A DNA stretch of 63,829 nucleotides, filler included, from Octopus bimaculoides (Eukaryota): NCBI RefSeq assembly GCF_001194135.2. It is 4 parts of 4 records of this genome, joined end to end, with 100 filler letters (N's around TTAATTAATTAA, not from the genome) between each part and the next. Parts side by side here need not be neighbours in the genome. Positions count along the whole stretch, not along the records: positions 30,328 to 55,615 come from NC_068990.1; positions 55,716 to 61,787 come from NC_069008.1; positions 61,888 to 63,829 come from NC_069005.1; 1 more part is not named here. One strand, written 5' to 3'. Under the pieces are notes generated by a model. The model was not told where the DNA came from, did no database searches, and was given only the letters and a program-made list of their open reading frames with translations. The position numbers were made by a program, and so were the translations under genes. The stretch's first letter is position 1. Each line of letters starts with the position of its first letter. Shown piece by piece: positions 50,965-63,829 of this stretch.

Positions 50965-52082
50965 GAAGACGGGAAATGAGAGGGAAACAAAAATAATGCA
51001 TTTGATACGGGAGAAGATGAAGCATTAGGAACAAGGGACATATAAAGCAGTGCGTAGCTTGGTGATCCAGAGACACAAGATCGAATTCCATGCACTCGCA
51101 GCCAAACAACATTGTTGATNNNNNNNNNNNNNNNNNNNNNNNNNNNNNNNNNNNNNNNNNNNNNNNNNNNNNNNNNNNNNNNNNNNNNNNNNNNNNNNNN
51201 NNNNNNNNNNNNNNNNNNNNNNNNNNNNNNNNNNNNNNNNNNNNNNNNNNNNNNNNNNNNNNNNNNNNNNNNNNNNNNNNNNNNNNNNNNNNNNNNNNNN
51301 NNNNNNNNNNNNNNNNNNNNNNNNNNNNNNNNNNNNNNNNNNNNNNNNNNNNNNNNNNNNNNNNNNNNNNNNNNNNNNNNNNNNNNNNNNNNNNNNNNNN
51401 NNNNNNNNNNNNNNNNNNNNNNNNNNNNNNNNNNNNNNNNNNNNNNNNNNNNNNNNNNNNNNNNNNNNNNNNNNNNNNNNNNNNNNNNNNNNNNNNNNNN
51501 NNNNNNNNNNNNNNNNNNNNNNNNNNNNNNNNNNNNNNNNNNNNNNNNNNNNNNNNNNNNNNNNNNNNNNNNNNNNNNNNNNNNNNNNNNNNNNNNNNNN
51601 NNNNNNNNNNNNNNNNNNNNNNNNNNNNNNNNNNNNNNNNNNNNNNNNNNNNNNNNNNNNNNNNNNNNNNNNNNNNNNNNNNNNNNNNNNNNNNNNNNNN
51701 NNNNNNNNNNNNNNNNNNNNNNNNNNNNNNNNNNNNNNNNNNNNNNNNNNNNNNNNNNNNNNNNNNNNNNNNNNNNNNNNNNNNNNNNNNNNNNNNNNNN
51801 NNNNNNNNNNNNNNNNNNNNNNNNNNNNNNNNNNNNNNNNNNNNNNNNNNNNNNNNNNNNNNNNNNNNNNNNNNNNNNNNNNNNNNNNNNNNNNNNNNNN
51901 NNNNNNNNNNNNNNNNNNNNNNATATATATATATATGACGGGCTTCTTTCAGTTTCCGTCATCGAAATCCACTCACAAGTAGAAGACACTTGCCGAAGGT
52001 GCCATGCAATGGTAATGAACCCGGGACCATTTGGTTTGGAAGCAAGTTTCTTACCATACAGCCACGCCTGTATATATATGTG

Positions 52083-52117
<35 letters not shown>

Positions 52118-53004
52118 ATGTATATATATGTTTATGTATGTATACGTACATACCAGTATCTAATGTTTAAATGTTTAGTTGTTTCAAGTTTAAAATTCAA
52201 TCATTACACACACACTCACATAAATACACACATGTATACATACAAGTGGTCATTACTTCTTTAGCCAGAAACGTATATTAAACAATATTTACCTAAATCT
52301 ACTTCAAAATATGCACTTACACGTTGTATCTCTTCAGCACCTTTGCATACATAGAAGGCTGATGAATACAAACGAGCGAAACCACAAACCAAAGAAACCG
52401 TGGATGGGATTCCTTCGTATCAGACGGGAAGTGAATTACAAGAGTCACTAAGGAATTACATACTCCCAGCATGAAGACATATGAGCTTATTTAGTTAGCG
52501 TATACTGGCTATGTGTGTGCGTTTTTGCGTATAATATATACATAAATATATGTGTATATATATATATATATATNNNNNNNNNNNNNNNNNNNNNNNNNNN
52601 NNNNNNNNNNNNNNNNNNNNNNNNNNNNNNNNNNNNNNNNNNNNNNNNNNNNNNNNNNNNNNNNNNNNNNNNNNNNNNNNNNNNNNNNNNNNNNNNNNNN
52701 NNNNNNNNNNNNNNNNNNNNNNNNNNNNNNNNNNNNNNNNNNNNNNNNNNNNNNNNNNNNNNNNNNNNNNNNNNNNNNNNNNNNNNNNNNTATACACACA
52801 CACATATATATATATATGTAAGTATATACACACATATATATATATATATATATATAATTACACACACACATACACATATTTAATCTTCTTTATATATGTA
52901 TGTATTAATGTGTTCCACAGAAAAATAAAGAACGAACGCAGGATGGCTCTGAAGACAGTTTAGACAATCGGGTAAATACCATTAAAAGATTGAAAAATGT
53001 GTCC

Positions 53005-53048
<44 letters not shown>

Positions 53049-53477
53049 TAATAAGATAAAGGTATGTTCACATTTATAGAATCATACATCACATACACAC
53101 ATATACACACATATTAATAATTTCGTAACTGATTATAATATACTGTGCCGAAGCCCGGTTCCACACGGCACCCCGATATGCCGAGTAGTGTAATGTGAAG
53201 CATGAGCCTCGATATAAGCAAGTGTGCTGGATACGAGCTAAATAAGAGATATAATACTAGATGTCTAACAATAAATACGGCACACTGAAGAGGTGAAGTG
53301 CATGGTTGCATAATGTCCCTACAAATGTTATGTAATAATTTCTGTATTTTACTGAAACACCTGTATGACCTACTGAATACTGAATACCACACCCCATTTC
53401 TCTTAATCATTATTATTTATATTATATCTGTATGTACGTGTGTGTACATACATGTATAACTATATATATATATAAGC

Positions 53478-54520
53478 TGAGAGAGAACCAGAACGGCTTC
53501 AGGGTTGGGTAGATCAACCACCAGCCACATCGTAATGCTGAGAAGGATATCAGAGGGGGCTAGATGAAAGATTCTTCCTGCTATCATGGTTTTCATTGAC
53601 TCTAGGTAGGCCTTTGATTCTGTGGACCGTCACTACTTGATGGAGATCTTACAAGCTTAAGTAATCTCCCAGAAGATAGTGGACCTGATATCACTGCTCT
53701 ACTCCAACACCAGAGCCCAAGTCATTGCACCTGACAGGACGGCAGAGTTTTTTTTAGATACTGGCGGTGTGCTTCAGAGAGGTACATTGGCTCCCTACCT
53801 CTTTATCATCGATGTAGACTATTGTATGCGCCTTTCGTTGGAAAAACACCACGACCCTGGCTTTACTGTAGCGCCGGCTCAGAGAGGAGGGTCAAGGCTA
53901 AAAAGATATCAGATGCTGAATTTGCTGACGACATAGTTCTGGTGACAAATAAAGTGAGGGATGCAGAGGAGATGACTCAGGAAGTGGAGTCTGTGTCAAT
54001 GAGCGTGAGGCTGAAAAAAAATGATATTGAGACGAAGTATCTGGTAGAGAACATTATGAAGGCAGAGAAGATTATGAAAGTAGACGGAAAGCCACGAGAG
54101 TTGGTTGAAGACTTCCTGTATCCGAGAGCAAAGATTGGGAACACAGTGGGTGATATAGTTGAGAGGAAGAGCAAAGCCTGGGCGGCATGCCACAGTTTGA
54201 GATCTGTGTGGAAGTTGGACCTTCGTAAAGACCTGAAGATCCGTCTCTTCGTTGCTGCAATGGTGTCTGTGCTGTTGTGCGGGTCTGAGACTTGGACATT
54301 GACCTGACCAGGAGACTCACTCAGATGATGGATGGGTACTACACGAGAATACTGGGATGGCTCTGGACAGTAATCAGTATACTCTGAGGATGAAGAGCTC
54401 AGAGTTGTACGAGCACCTCCCAATAGTTAGGACGAAATAACACAGAAGAGACTGAGGTTAACTGGACATGCTCATCGTCATTCAGAGATGATACTGCACT
54501 CAGTGCTCCTGTAATACGGT
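53478..54520 (+). mobile_element. RTE-like reverse transcriptase fragment (third family in the window)
   Basis: ENQNGFR..ST..HI..LRR; VFID...AFDSVDR; GVLQ..TLAPYLFII; EFADDIVL; VEDFLY; IRLFVA...SVLLCGSETWTLT. Confidence 0.88.
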
Positions 54521-55580
54521 CACTTCGGTAGTGTCTTTAGTTGCGGTCGTTCGAAAGGTTTACTCCCGCAGAGCAAGCCGTGATGGATGGTATCTTTAAT
54601 TTTAGTGTAGAGTTTCGCGCTAAAATGAGGTTGAATACAGAAGACCGCTATAACAGAGGAATAATGATATCAACACAAATCTTATCCCATACACACACGT
54701 TACTCGAGCGGAAACTGCAAAAACTACCGACGAAAATTAAGGCCAATACCCTAAAAAAATATAAGCGAAAGGGAACGAGAATGAAAGAAGCAACACAAAT
54801 GTTCATGGTTTGGCTTAAAATAAAGAAAGCGTAAATTTATTTGAACACGATTATTTCCTAACAACAGAGAATGTTGCAAAAATAATTAATAAAATAAGAC
54901 GAAACACCAACGGAACAAGAAAAAAACTGTATAAATCTAGGAGTTAACGTTAAACGAATATATCAAAGTCGGCGAGTGACAATAATATGACAACAATAAT
55001 CCGGGAATCGCCTGTTCAGACTGTCAAGAAGATTAGAGTAGACTACCCAGATATAATCTGCAATCTGAATGAAAATATATCACTTCTTACAAAGATCTTG
55101 ATTTCTTTTTGATCAAAGGAACGTAAATATATCGAAAACCGATCAAAATGCAATGGCCTTGAAATGGATAGAAGTAATACGTAAGAAGTAAGATTAAATG
55201 TGCTACTAAAAGAAAGGCGTCAATTAGTTATGATAGCAATAAAATCATGAATAAATCAATGGAAAATCTTTGCAGGGCTTGTATCTTTTCGTGCAATATA
55301 GAATACAATTCTATAAGACGTAACAAACATTCCGTGGAATATATTTTATATTTTCAATTACATCACAGTCAATACTTACATAATAAATATTCTAACTCCA
55401 TCGAACCGTAGCAAAACGAACGTGGCAGTGTGGTAAAAAAACTTGCCTCCCAACCACGTGGTTGCGGGTTCAATAATACTCCATGGTACCTTGGGCGAGT
55501 GTCGTCTGCTATCACCTCGAGCCGACCAAAGCTATGTTAGTAGATTTGGTTGATGGAAAAGGAAAGACGCCCGTCGTATG

Positions 55581-55615
<35 letters not shown>

Positions 55616-55715
55616 NNNNNNNNNNNNNNNNNNNNNNNNNNNNNNNNNNNNNNNNNNNNTTAATTAATTAANNNNNNNNNNNNNNNNNNNNNNNNNNNNN
55701 NNNNNNNNNNNNNNN
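55616..55715. other. Artificial scaffold-join spacer
   Basis: 44 N + TTAATTAATTAA (55660-55671) + 44 N. Confidence 0.95.
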
Positions 55716-55751
<36 letters not shown>

Positions 55752-56344
55752 TATTTATATATATATATATATAAATATATATAAATAAATATATATACAC
55801 ACATATACAGGATGCGGTGATTAAACTGTCATTTAAATTATGCTTAGATGAAAATAACAGTGATATCTTATTTTAACATATATTTACTAAATTTACATAA
55901 AATATCTTGAAATACTAAAGTGTACATATATATGTTTTTATCAGCTCCCTTACCTCTTTTTCTTAATCTAAACCTATCAACCAGCCCCTATGCTACCCCT
56001 CAAAACCCCACCCACAGGTAACTGTTGTGGTGTGCTTCTGCATTTTCCCTCGTTCTTCTTCTTGTTCTTGCATTTATTACCGTCTGATACCTTCAGTCAT
56101 AACTTTGTTTTAACTGTCAACATTAACAACTCACCCCTAATTTTCACCTCAATATTTTGTCTCTCAGTTGCGACTGCTTCAAGTTGTGTCTTTCTCACAT
56201 GTCTTTATACGTTTGTCTTAAGTTTAATTTTGTCTCCAGTTTCAAATTTAACTTTGTTATGTCATATGTTTAGTCCTAAGTTTCATCTTAGCTGTTGTCA
56301 TATTTCTGCAGTTATGACATTAGTCTCAAATTTCATTCATTCTT

Positions 56345-56756
56345 TTATTCTTTTATTCTTTTACTTGTTTCAGTCATTTGACTGCGGCCATGCTGGAGCA
56401 CTGCCTTTAGTCAAATCAAATCGACCCCAGGACTTATTCTTTGTAAGCCTAGTACTTATTCTATCGGTCTCTCTTTTTGCCGAACCGTTAAGTTACGGGG
56501 ACCTAAACACACCAGCATCGGTTGTCAAGCGATGTTGGGGGGACAAACACAGACACACAAACATACACACAAACATATATATATACATATGTACGACGGG
56601 CTTCTTTCAGTTTCCGTCTACCAAATCCACTCACAAGGCTTTGGTTGGCCCGAGGCTATAGTAGAAGACACTTGCCCAAGGTGCCACGCAGTGAGACTGA
56701 ACCTGGAGCCATGTGGTTGGTAAGCAAACTACTTACCATACAGCCACTCCTGCGCC
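56345..56756 (-). mobile_element. tRNA-derived SINE (major family), complete and least diverged copy
   Basis: Reverse complement: GGCGCAGGAGTGGCTGTATGGTAAG head, GGTTCAGTCTC B-box-like segment, central (TA/TG)n, tail GAAACAAGTAAAAGAATAAAAGA. Partial copies at 51937-52070, 55420-55600 and 61916-61975. Confidence 0.92.
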
Positions 56757-57043
56757 TTAATATTTTTTTCAAAGTTTCTTTTATAGATTTCCTTTTAGGT
56801 TTCCATTTCCAATTTTATTTTGTTTCCACGTGAATTTAGCTTTCAGTGCTTCATGTTAGTTTCTGCTTTAAGCTTCCTCCTAAGTGCTCTTCATGCCATT
56901 TGATGCTCTTAAAATGTTCTGTCCTAGCATACATTAAATTTTATATGCTGTCTTAAGCAACATCTTATGACTCCTCATATATTAGCACATCTCATATGTT
57001 GTCTTAAGCGACATCATATCTCATTATACATACTGTCTCAAAA

Positions 57044-57470
57044 ACATGAGCTGGCAGAATCGTCAACACACCATGAAAAATTCCGAGCGATATTTCATCT
57101 CTCTTTACATTTAAAGTTCAAATTCCGCTGAGGTTGACTTTGCTTTTCATCCTTTCATGGTTGATAAATTAAGTACCAGTTATGCACTGGGGTTGATATA
57201 ATTGTCTACTCACCTTCCCCCAAAATTCAGGCCTTGTGCTTTTAATAGAAAGGATTATGATTATTATTATTATTATTATTGTGATAAACTGGCTGAGTCG
57301 TTACTGCACTGGGGAAAATACTTAGAGGCATTTCATCCATTTGAGTTCAAATTCCACCATGGTTGACTTTGCCTTTCGCCCTTTCAGGGTCGATTGAATA
57401 AGTACCAGTTATGCACTGGGATCAGTACAATCAACTAGACCCCTACCCTCAAAATTCAGGTCTTCTGCCT
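57044..57470 (+). mobile_element. Two head-to-tail copies of the second SINE family
   Basis: GAGTTCAAATTCC / AAAGTTCAAATTCC B-box-like segments, GTTGACTTTGC core, separated by an (ATT)n tail. Confidence 0.85.
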
Positions 57471-57892
57471 GCACAAGGAGGGATGGAGGGGGGAAGGTTA
57501 TTGTAATTTATATGTCCATGGAAAATTTTTTGAATTCAATAAATTACAATTTATACAATATTTTTGAGGTGTTTGTGGACGCAGAGAACAACGATGTTTA
57601 AGTCATATTTTAGAGTAATTTCATCATAATCATTTAAAAAGCTGCCTCAAAAAGATACACTAAAAACTGTATTTTGTAGTGAATAAATAAGTAGAGGCAT
57701 TTTTTTCCCCCACTTTTTCCCCATTTTTTGTTGTATTTATAGAGACAGAAGATATTGTTGCAGAGATCTAAGATTCTAAGATTCTACACCAGTTACTTTG
57801 ATGTCCGTTCACAACTTCTCTGCACTACTCCCATCATAAAATTGAAAATCGTGAAAAAATGCTCCAATTTAATGTTCATATATGTGTGTGTT

Positions 57893-57947
<55 letters not shown>

Positions 57948-58497
57948 TTTTTTGCATTTGCGGCTTCGTTGGTGGCTAATGAGCCCTGCTCTTGATGAGC
58001 ATACACAACTGCAAACATTGCAGATTAAGCTTTCCCCATTCACTATACGAGCCGTGCACTTTCACGCAGCTCGCTTAAATTCTTCATGCTGGATACGTGC
58101 TCTCTCAAAAGTGTTGATCCCCTCCTTAACCTGCTTCCTCCATCTGTGACAAAATATAAGTTGGTACTAGAGCGCAGAATGTTCCTGAAGGTCGGCAATG
58201 GTCTTCCTCGGTCACGAGTGGACGGCCATCATATATATATATATGTATATATATATACACACACAGTAATCCCTTAACTATTGCAGGTGTTACATTCCAA
58301 AATCCCACTGTGGTAGGTGAAAATCTATATACACATATAGATTGATAGACTCAGATAGATAGATCAATAGACACACCTTTTGTTCCACCTGCCTTTGTGC
58401 GTGTTAATATGCTTCACTGTTGCTTTAATGTGTGTATATGTTTGTGTCAGTCGATTTTGTTTTGGATGTTGTTTCCTAAATTTATCTCTCACTTCCA

Positions 58498-58560
<63 letters not shown>

Positions 58561-58894
58561 TAATCTTTCTTTATCTGTCCATATATATATATTTCTCCTC
58601 CCTCTCTCTCACTCTCTCTCCATTTATCTATTGTATTCTACTTCTCCCTCTATCAATCTCTCTCTGTCTATCTACCTGTCTCTTTATATCTCTCTATCAA
58701 TCTATCTATTCTACTCTATCTCTCCCACTATCAATCTCTCACTCTCTCTCCACTAATCTGTCTGTCTGTCTATATCTCACTTTCTCTCTCAATTTACAGC
58801 TCTCTTTCTCTCTCTCTCTCTCTCTCAATCTATGGCTCACTCTTTCTCAATTTGTATGTCTGTCTGTCTCTTCCTCTCTATCAATCTATCTATG

Positions 58895-59030
58895 TCTCTT
58901 CCTCCTATCTCTCTCTCTTCCTCCTATCTCTCTCTCTTCCTCCTATCTCTCTTTCTTCCTCCTATCTCTCTCTCTTCCTCCTATCTCTCTCTCTTCCTCC
59001 TATCTCTCTCTCTTCCTCCTATCTCTCTCT
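58895..59030. repeat. 19-bp pyrimidine minisatellite (TCTCTCTCTTCCTCCTATC), about 7 copies, inside a CT-rich tract 58490-59050
   Basis: CCTCCTAT recurs every 19 bp from 58901 to 59015. Confidence 0.9.
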
Positions 59031-59309
59031 CTCTCTCTCTCTCCATCTTCATTTTATAAGATCTTTGCTGTTAATGATAATGACTATATTGTCATCATTA
59101 TTATTATTATTATTTTCAATACACATTTTATTGCTATTTTTACAATTATAAATGCTGAGTATTTGTGACTACATGTCTTTCTGAATCTCGTCTTAGTCAC
59201 ACACACACACACACACACACANNNNNNNNNNNNNNNNNNNNNNNNNNNNNNNNNNNNNNNNNCTTTACACACACACATGCACACACACACACACTTTACA
59301 CACACACAT

Positions 59310-59359
<50 letters not shown>

Positions 59360-59464
59360 TAAAGGAAAGGAAAACAAAACCAAAGTAGGATGAGTATCTC
59401 TGGTCATTTAGAATATTTGATTAGAGTACGGTGAATCCAAAAATGGAGAAGTAGAAGTAATTAA

Positions 59465-59542
59465 TGTCTTACAGCTGTTTCTGAGATATCTCAGGAGATG
59501 TGTCAGCATCTCCATACACTGGGTATTCCATCATCAGAGACA
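59465..59542 (-). ncRNA. Type I hammerhead motif with canonical core and enlarged helix II region
   Basis: Helix I TGTCT/AGACA; CTGATGA; 49-nt helix II domain; GAAA; palindromic helix III ACAGCTGT; cleavage triplet GTA. Confidence 0.68.
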
Positions 59543-59738
59543 AGGTGTCTATGCTGCAAAGTTCTAGACAGAGAATCCACAATGCATAAATGACCAGTGT
59601 ACCTATTCGTTTTGATCACCAGTGAACAAAACACCTCATATTCTTTGCATATATACATATATATATATATATATATTAGATAGAATGAGATAATAAATCC
59701 AAGGCTGTAAGTAGTTTCCAGGACATTTATAAGGAAAT

Positions 59739-59788
59739 CGTCTTACAGCTGTTTCTGGGATATTATGGATATCCTTTCATGAGAGACG
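59739..59788 (-). ncRNA. Second, tandem hammerhead motif with a core mutation (CTCATGA)
   Basis: Helix I CGTCT/AGACG; helix II GGATAT/ATATCC; GAAA; ACAGCTGT; GTA. Confidence 0.6.
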
Positions 59789-60573
59789 GTGTGAGAAAAT
59801 ATATATATAAGGGCATTACTATACACGAATGCCTCAAGCTAAGAGGGGCTCTAAGGTCATGCAACTCCCAGTATATACATAAATACACCTAAACATGGCT
59901 ACACACCTCAACACACTTTTTGGAAATAACGCAATCCAATTCACATGAAAGGGTTTATATGGTAAAGATACTGGGAACAACAAACAGTAATATAAGGGGC
60001 CATTATATATATGTGTGTATGTATGTATGTGTGTGTATTTGTACACACCCACATATACATACATTCAGAAATATGCACATTCACATTTATATATAGATAT
60101 ATAGATATATTTATGCACATACATATCTATACACACAAACACACACACACACACACAAACAGGTAACACAAATATGTTTTATGTATCTCAATATATACAT
60201 TTGCTTGTACTTATACACCTTTATGTGTGTGTGTGTGTGACAATGATTCCTTATTTATCATGTTCTGTGCCAATGTCAGGTCATTTTTCCATTAAAACAA
60301 TCTTCAGGACGTAAGTAATACTTCTCTTCCATACCTCTTCATATTTCTAATGAATGGAATGGTGAAATGGTAGAATTTTGGTGAGGATTTTGGGTAGGGT
60401 TGTGACGTAAGGGGTTGCTTTTTGAGTTGGTGCCATGTTTTGGGTACCAAAATATGTCTTATGGATGTTGAGTTTTTTTGTTTTTTTTCACATTTTGTTT
60501 TATTTTTTATTTACTGCAGTTAGTTTTCTGTGAATTCTTTCAATCACAACTGATTGATCAGTCATCAATCTAT

Positions 60574-60697
<124 letters not shown>

Positions 60698-61577
60698 AAA
60701 TACATAGGCTCATGCACTTGCATACATACATCTATTTATGGTCTTACTTATACACTCACAGACATATACACAATCATACACAGTCACACATGCACTAACA
60801 TACACCACACATACATACACAAGTGTGCACATACAAGCACACAGACATGCACACACAAATACGCACACACATACACTCCTCATGCACTCACACACAGACA
60901 GTCACACTCTCACTCATACACATACATTCTCAACTCTCACGTACACACATTCATACTTTCACACACACACACACACACACTCTCACAGGCATACACTTAC
61001 ACACGCATTTACATACACACACACTCTCAATGAAGTGAAATACCAGTTATATACTGGGCTCAGCTTCATTTGACTGTAGTTTCTCTGTTCTTTCCCTCTC
61101 TCTACACCGGTTCAGAGAGAAAAATTAAAAAAAAAAGCTGACCTGCCACTGAAAAGGTGTGTCATTGATGACGTTCTGAACATTAATGAAAGGAATTCAA
61201 CCAACCTGATTGATAGATTGATTGATTGATTGATTAACCAGATGACTTACCAAACAGTTGATTAACAAATTGGTTAAAATACGGAGTCAACCATTTGACC
61301 AGTAAATAATAAAGAAGTGTCACAGAGCCTGTGTGTGTGTTTATTGTTGGCAGAATAACCCTCCCAAAGTGCAATGGAGAAACGTAAACTTATTAGTGTG
61401 ATTAATATGAAATATCTAATTAATATTGGTTATAATTTTTGAGTTAATTGTTAAATTATTAATGTGATTTGATTGATAAGAATTGAATGTTTGTTACATT
61501 GATTGATTTTTGCTGTTTCATTAAATGACTTGACTGAGAATTGATGATTTGTTACTCAAATGATTGGATTTATGATT

Positions 61578-61612
<35 letters not shown>

Positions 61613-61742
61613 GTACATATATATATGTATGTGTATATAATATCGATATATATCTCTATATATATGGCATTCATGTAAATTGATATTTATGTACATATTG
61701 TGTAATATTGATGCATAACGTATATATGTGTGTGTGTGTATG

Positions 61743-61787
<45 letters not shown>

Positions 61788-61887
61788 NNNNNNNNNNNNN
61801 NNNNNNNNNNNNNNNNNNNNNNNNNNNNNNNTTAATTAATTAANNNNNNNNNNNNNNNNNNNNNNNNNNNNNNNNNNNNNNNNNNNN
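61788..61887. other. Artificial scaffold-join spacer
   Basis: 44 N + TTAATTAATTAA (61832-61843) + 44 N. Confidence 0.95.
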
Positions 61888-61918
<31 letters not shown>

Positions 61919-63134
61919 CGGGATTCTTTCAGTTTCCGTCTACCAAATCCACTCGCAAGGCTTTGGTCGGACGAGTCGTCTATAAGGCTTAGCGCTTTAT
62001 GGATGCGAAACCATTGGTCATTCTGTGACTGGCCATATAATTAACCTCTGGTAAATAAAATATAAAGAACTCTGAAGGCTGGGCCTCTAACCAGGCCTTT
62101 CGTGATACCTTTACAGCCGAGAACTCTTCAGCTCCCACTCGTATATTTGCTTGGTTCTGGAGTGAGATATAGAATGTTTGTGAGTGGCTCGTTAAGAAGT
62201 CTGACCACCTGCTAGCTGTTTGAATCTAAATATATGTACACACACACATACTCCTATATGGCAGACACCCCACAAAATAGATTGTCTCCCACCATCTCCA
62301 ACATATATCCCTTCATACACATTGTGCTCCCACATATATATAGACACCTCTCACACACACATTACACATCGCACGCTAACATAAAACACCCCACAACCTT
62401 ATCCTTTACAGAAAGAAAACAGGCCAGCGAACACAGCTATATATATACCTACATCCCCGGAAAAATTTACGCATATGACACCACTACACACATCACACAC
62501 CCCATCCCCACAGGAGCATCTCACTTAAAAATGCACACTTTCTTCACAAACACTTCAAGATAACTCTTACCGGCCTCACAGCATACCTAACCAAAGGACA
62601 TAACTCCTAACCTAATCTCCTGTCCCTTTTTTCGTTTCACCACCTTTTTCACAGCAGCCGCCATATTCCCTTCCATATCGACTAACACTGACGAGCGTAA
62701 GGTTATATAATCGGATTNNNNNNNNNNNNNNNNNNNNNNNNNNNNNNNNNNNNNNNNNNNNNNNNNNNNNNNNNNNNNNNNNNNNNNNNNNNNNNNNNNN
62801 NNNNNNNNNNNNNNNNNCCTGCTTGAAATAACAGTCAAAACTCGTTATTAAATCGCCAAAAATACACATTGGTGATAACTACAGAAATCAAAACGAAGGC
62901 AAATTTGGTTAAAACAATCTACTTACATACATTTAAGTATATGGATTCACGTGGACTAGTTTCTGCATTGGCAAAATAAGCCTTAGCTTCTTCAGCACGC
63001 ATTACCAAGATAAGAGATACCCAACCTATCCTTCTGAAGTCTGTGCCGCTACTGATTCGTTTCGCGCCGAAATCACAGCAGCTTACCAATGTAAAATAAT
63101 CTCGTTACAGATTTACGAGAGAAATAATTTATTA

Positions 63135-63268
63135 AAATTAATTTAAAAAGGTATCGTTTATTCCATTATTATCCAATGTAACTAATTTAATTAATCTAAT
63201 TTAAATTAATTCTTAAATTAATTACATTGGATAATAATGGAATTAACGATACTTTTGTAAATTAATTT
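63135..63268. repeat. Long AT-rich inverted repeat (~55-bp arms)
   Basis: GTATCGTTTATTCCATTATTATCCAATGTAA vs TTACATTGGATAATAATGGAATTAACGATAC: 30 of 31 positions complementary, extending on both sides with a few mismatches. Confidence 0.85.
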
Positions 63269-63459
63269 ATATATATATATATATATACATATATATATTC
63301 ATATAATTATTAATTTAATATATAAATTGCTTATTTCCATGCTGACTACTTGATAATAATCATTAACGCTATTTTTATCCTTATTTTATCCTTATTTTAT
63401 ATATATATATACATATATATATATACTTTATTTAAAAGCAGCAGAAATATAACAAAAGA

Positions 63460-63497
63460 CTGTTACTCTGAGTTTAACGTTCCCGTTCATCGGACAG
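63460..63497 (-). ncRNA. Hammerhead-topology variant (core CCGATGA, TAAA in place of GAAA)
   Basis: Helix I CTGT/ACAG; helix II ACG/CGT with GGAA loop; helix III ACTC-A-GAGT; cleavage triplet GTA. Confidence 0.45.
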
Positions 63498-63561
<64 letters not shown>

Positions 63562-63829
63562 GCATATATACATACATATATGTACATACCTACATATATA
63601 TGCATATACACATGCATATATGGGTGCAGGACGTCAGAAAATAACGTGCACAACATGAAAAACGAGAACAGGAAAAACAAAAGACATGGAAAATGAACTT
63701 TTTTCGAACAACGACAGAAACAAATAGAGAAACGAGGCAGGCAACATAAAGAACAATCCCTTCATCAGTTGTCCCTTGTTTTATCTACTCCGCGTATCCA
63801 ACGCATATTATATATATATATATATATAT

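Noticed and set aside
52355-52400. CTGATGA...GAAA spaced like a hammerhead
   Set aside because: The intervening 12 nt cannot form helix II, and there is no NUH or helix I.
57980-58030. TTGATGA-GCA..TGC-AAAC hammerhead-like string
   Set aside because: Two core defects and no convincing helix I or III.
58380-59168. 262-aa Leu/Ser-rich ORF that looks membrane-like
   Set aside because: It is a translation of CT-rich repeats and the 19-bp minisatellite.

Overview
AT-rich, microsatellite-dense animal genomic DNA, most likely octopus (inferred from the SINE/RTE repeat families and TA/CA/GATA/TAA microsatellite load). Three identical 100-bp artificial spacers (44 N + TTAATTAATTAA + 44 N) split the window into four joined pieces: 1-30227, 30328-55615, 55716-61787 and 61888-63829. 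The only host coding sequence I can support is one 81-nt exon of the RAD6/UBE2A-type E2 ubiquitin-conjugating enzyme (20210-20290, +). The rest is decayed transposons: RTE LINEs, a Tx1/L1-like fragment, an R4/Dong-like element sitting in a (TAA)n tract, mariner/Tc1 relics, hAT and piggyBac-type MITEs, and many SINEs. The most interesting signal, invisible in the ORF track, is a set of minimal type I hammerhead-ribozyme motifs (CUGANGA...GAAA...UH) with palindromic helix III, in at least four different repeat contexts. One forms the tail of a tRNA-headed SINE, one lies in sense orientation 1.7 kb upstream of the RAD6 exon, and two form a tandem pair 274 nt apart. All ribozyme calls come from manual base-pairing; activity is untested.
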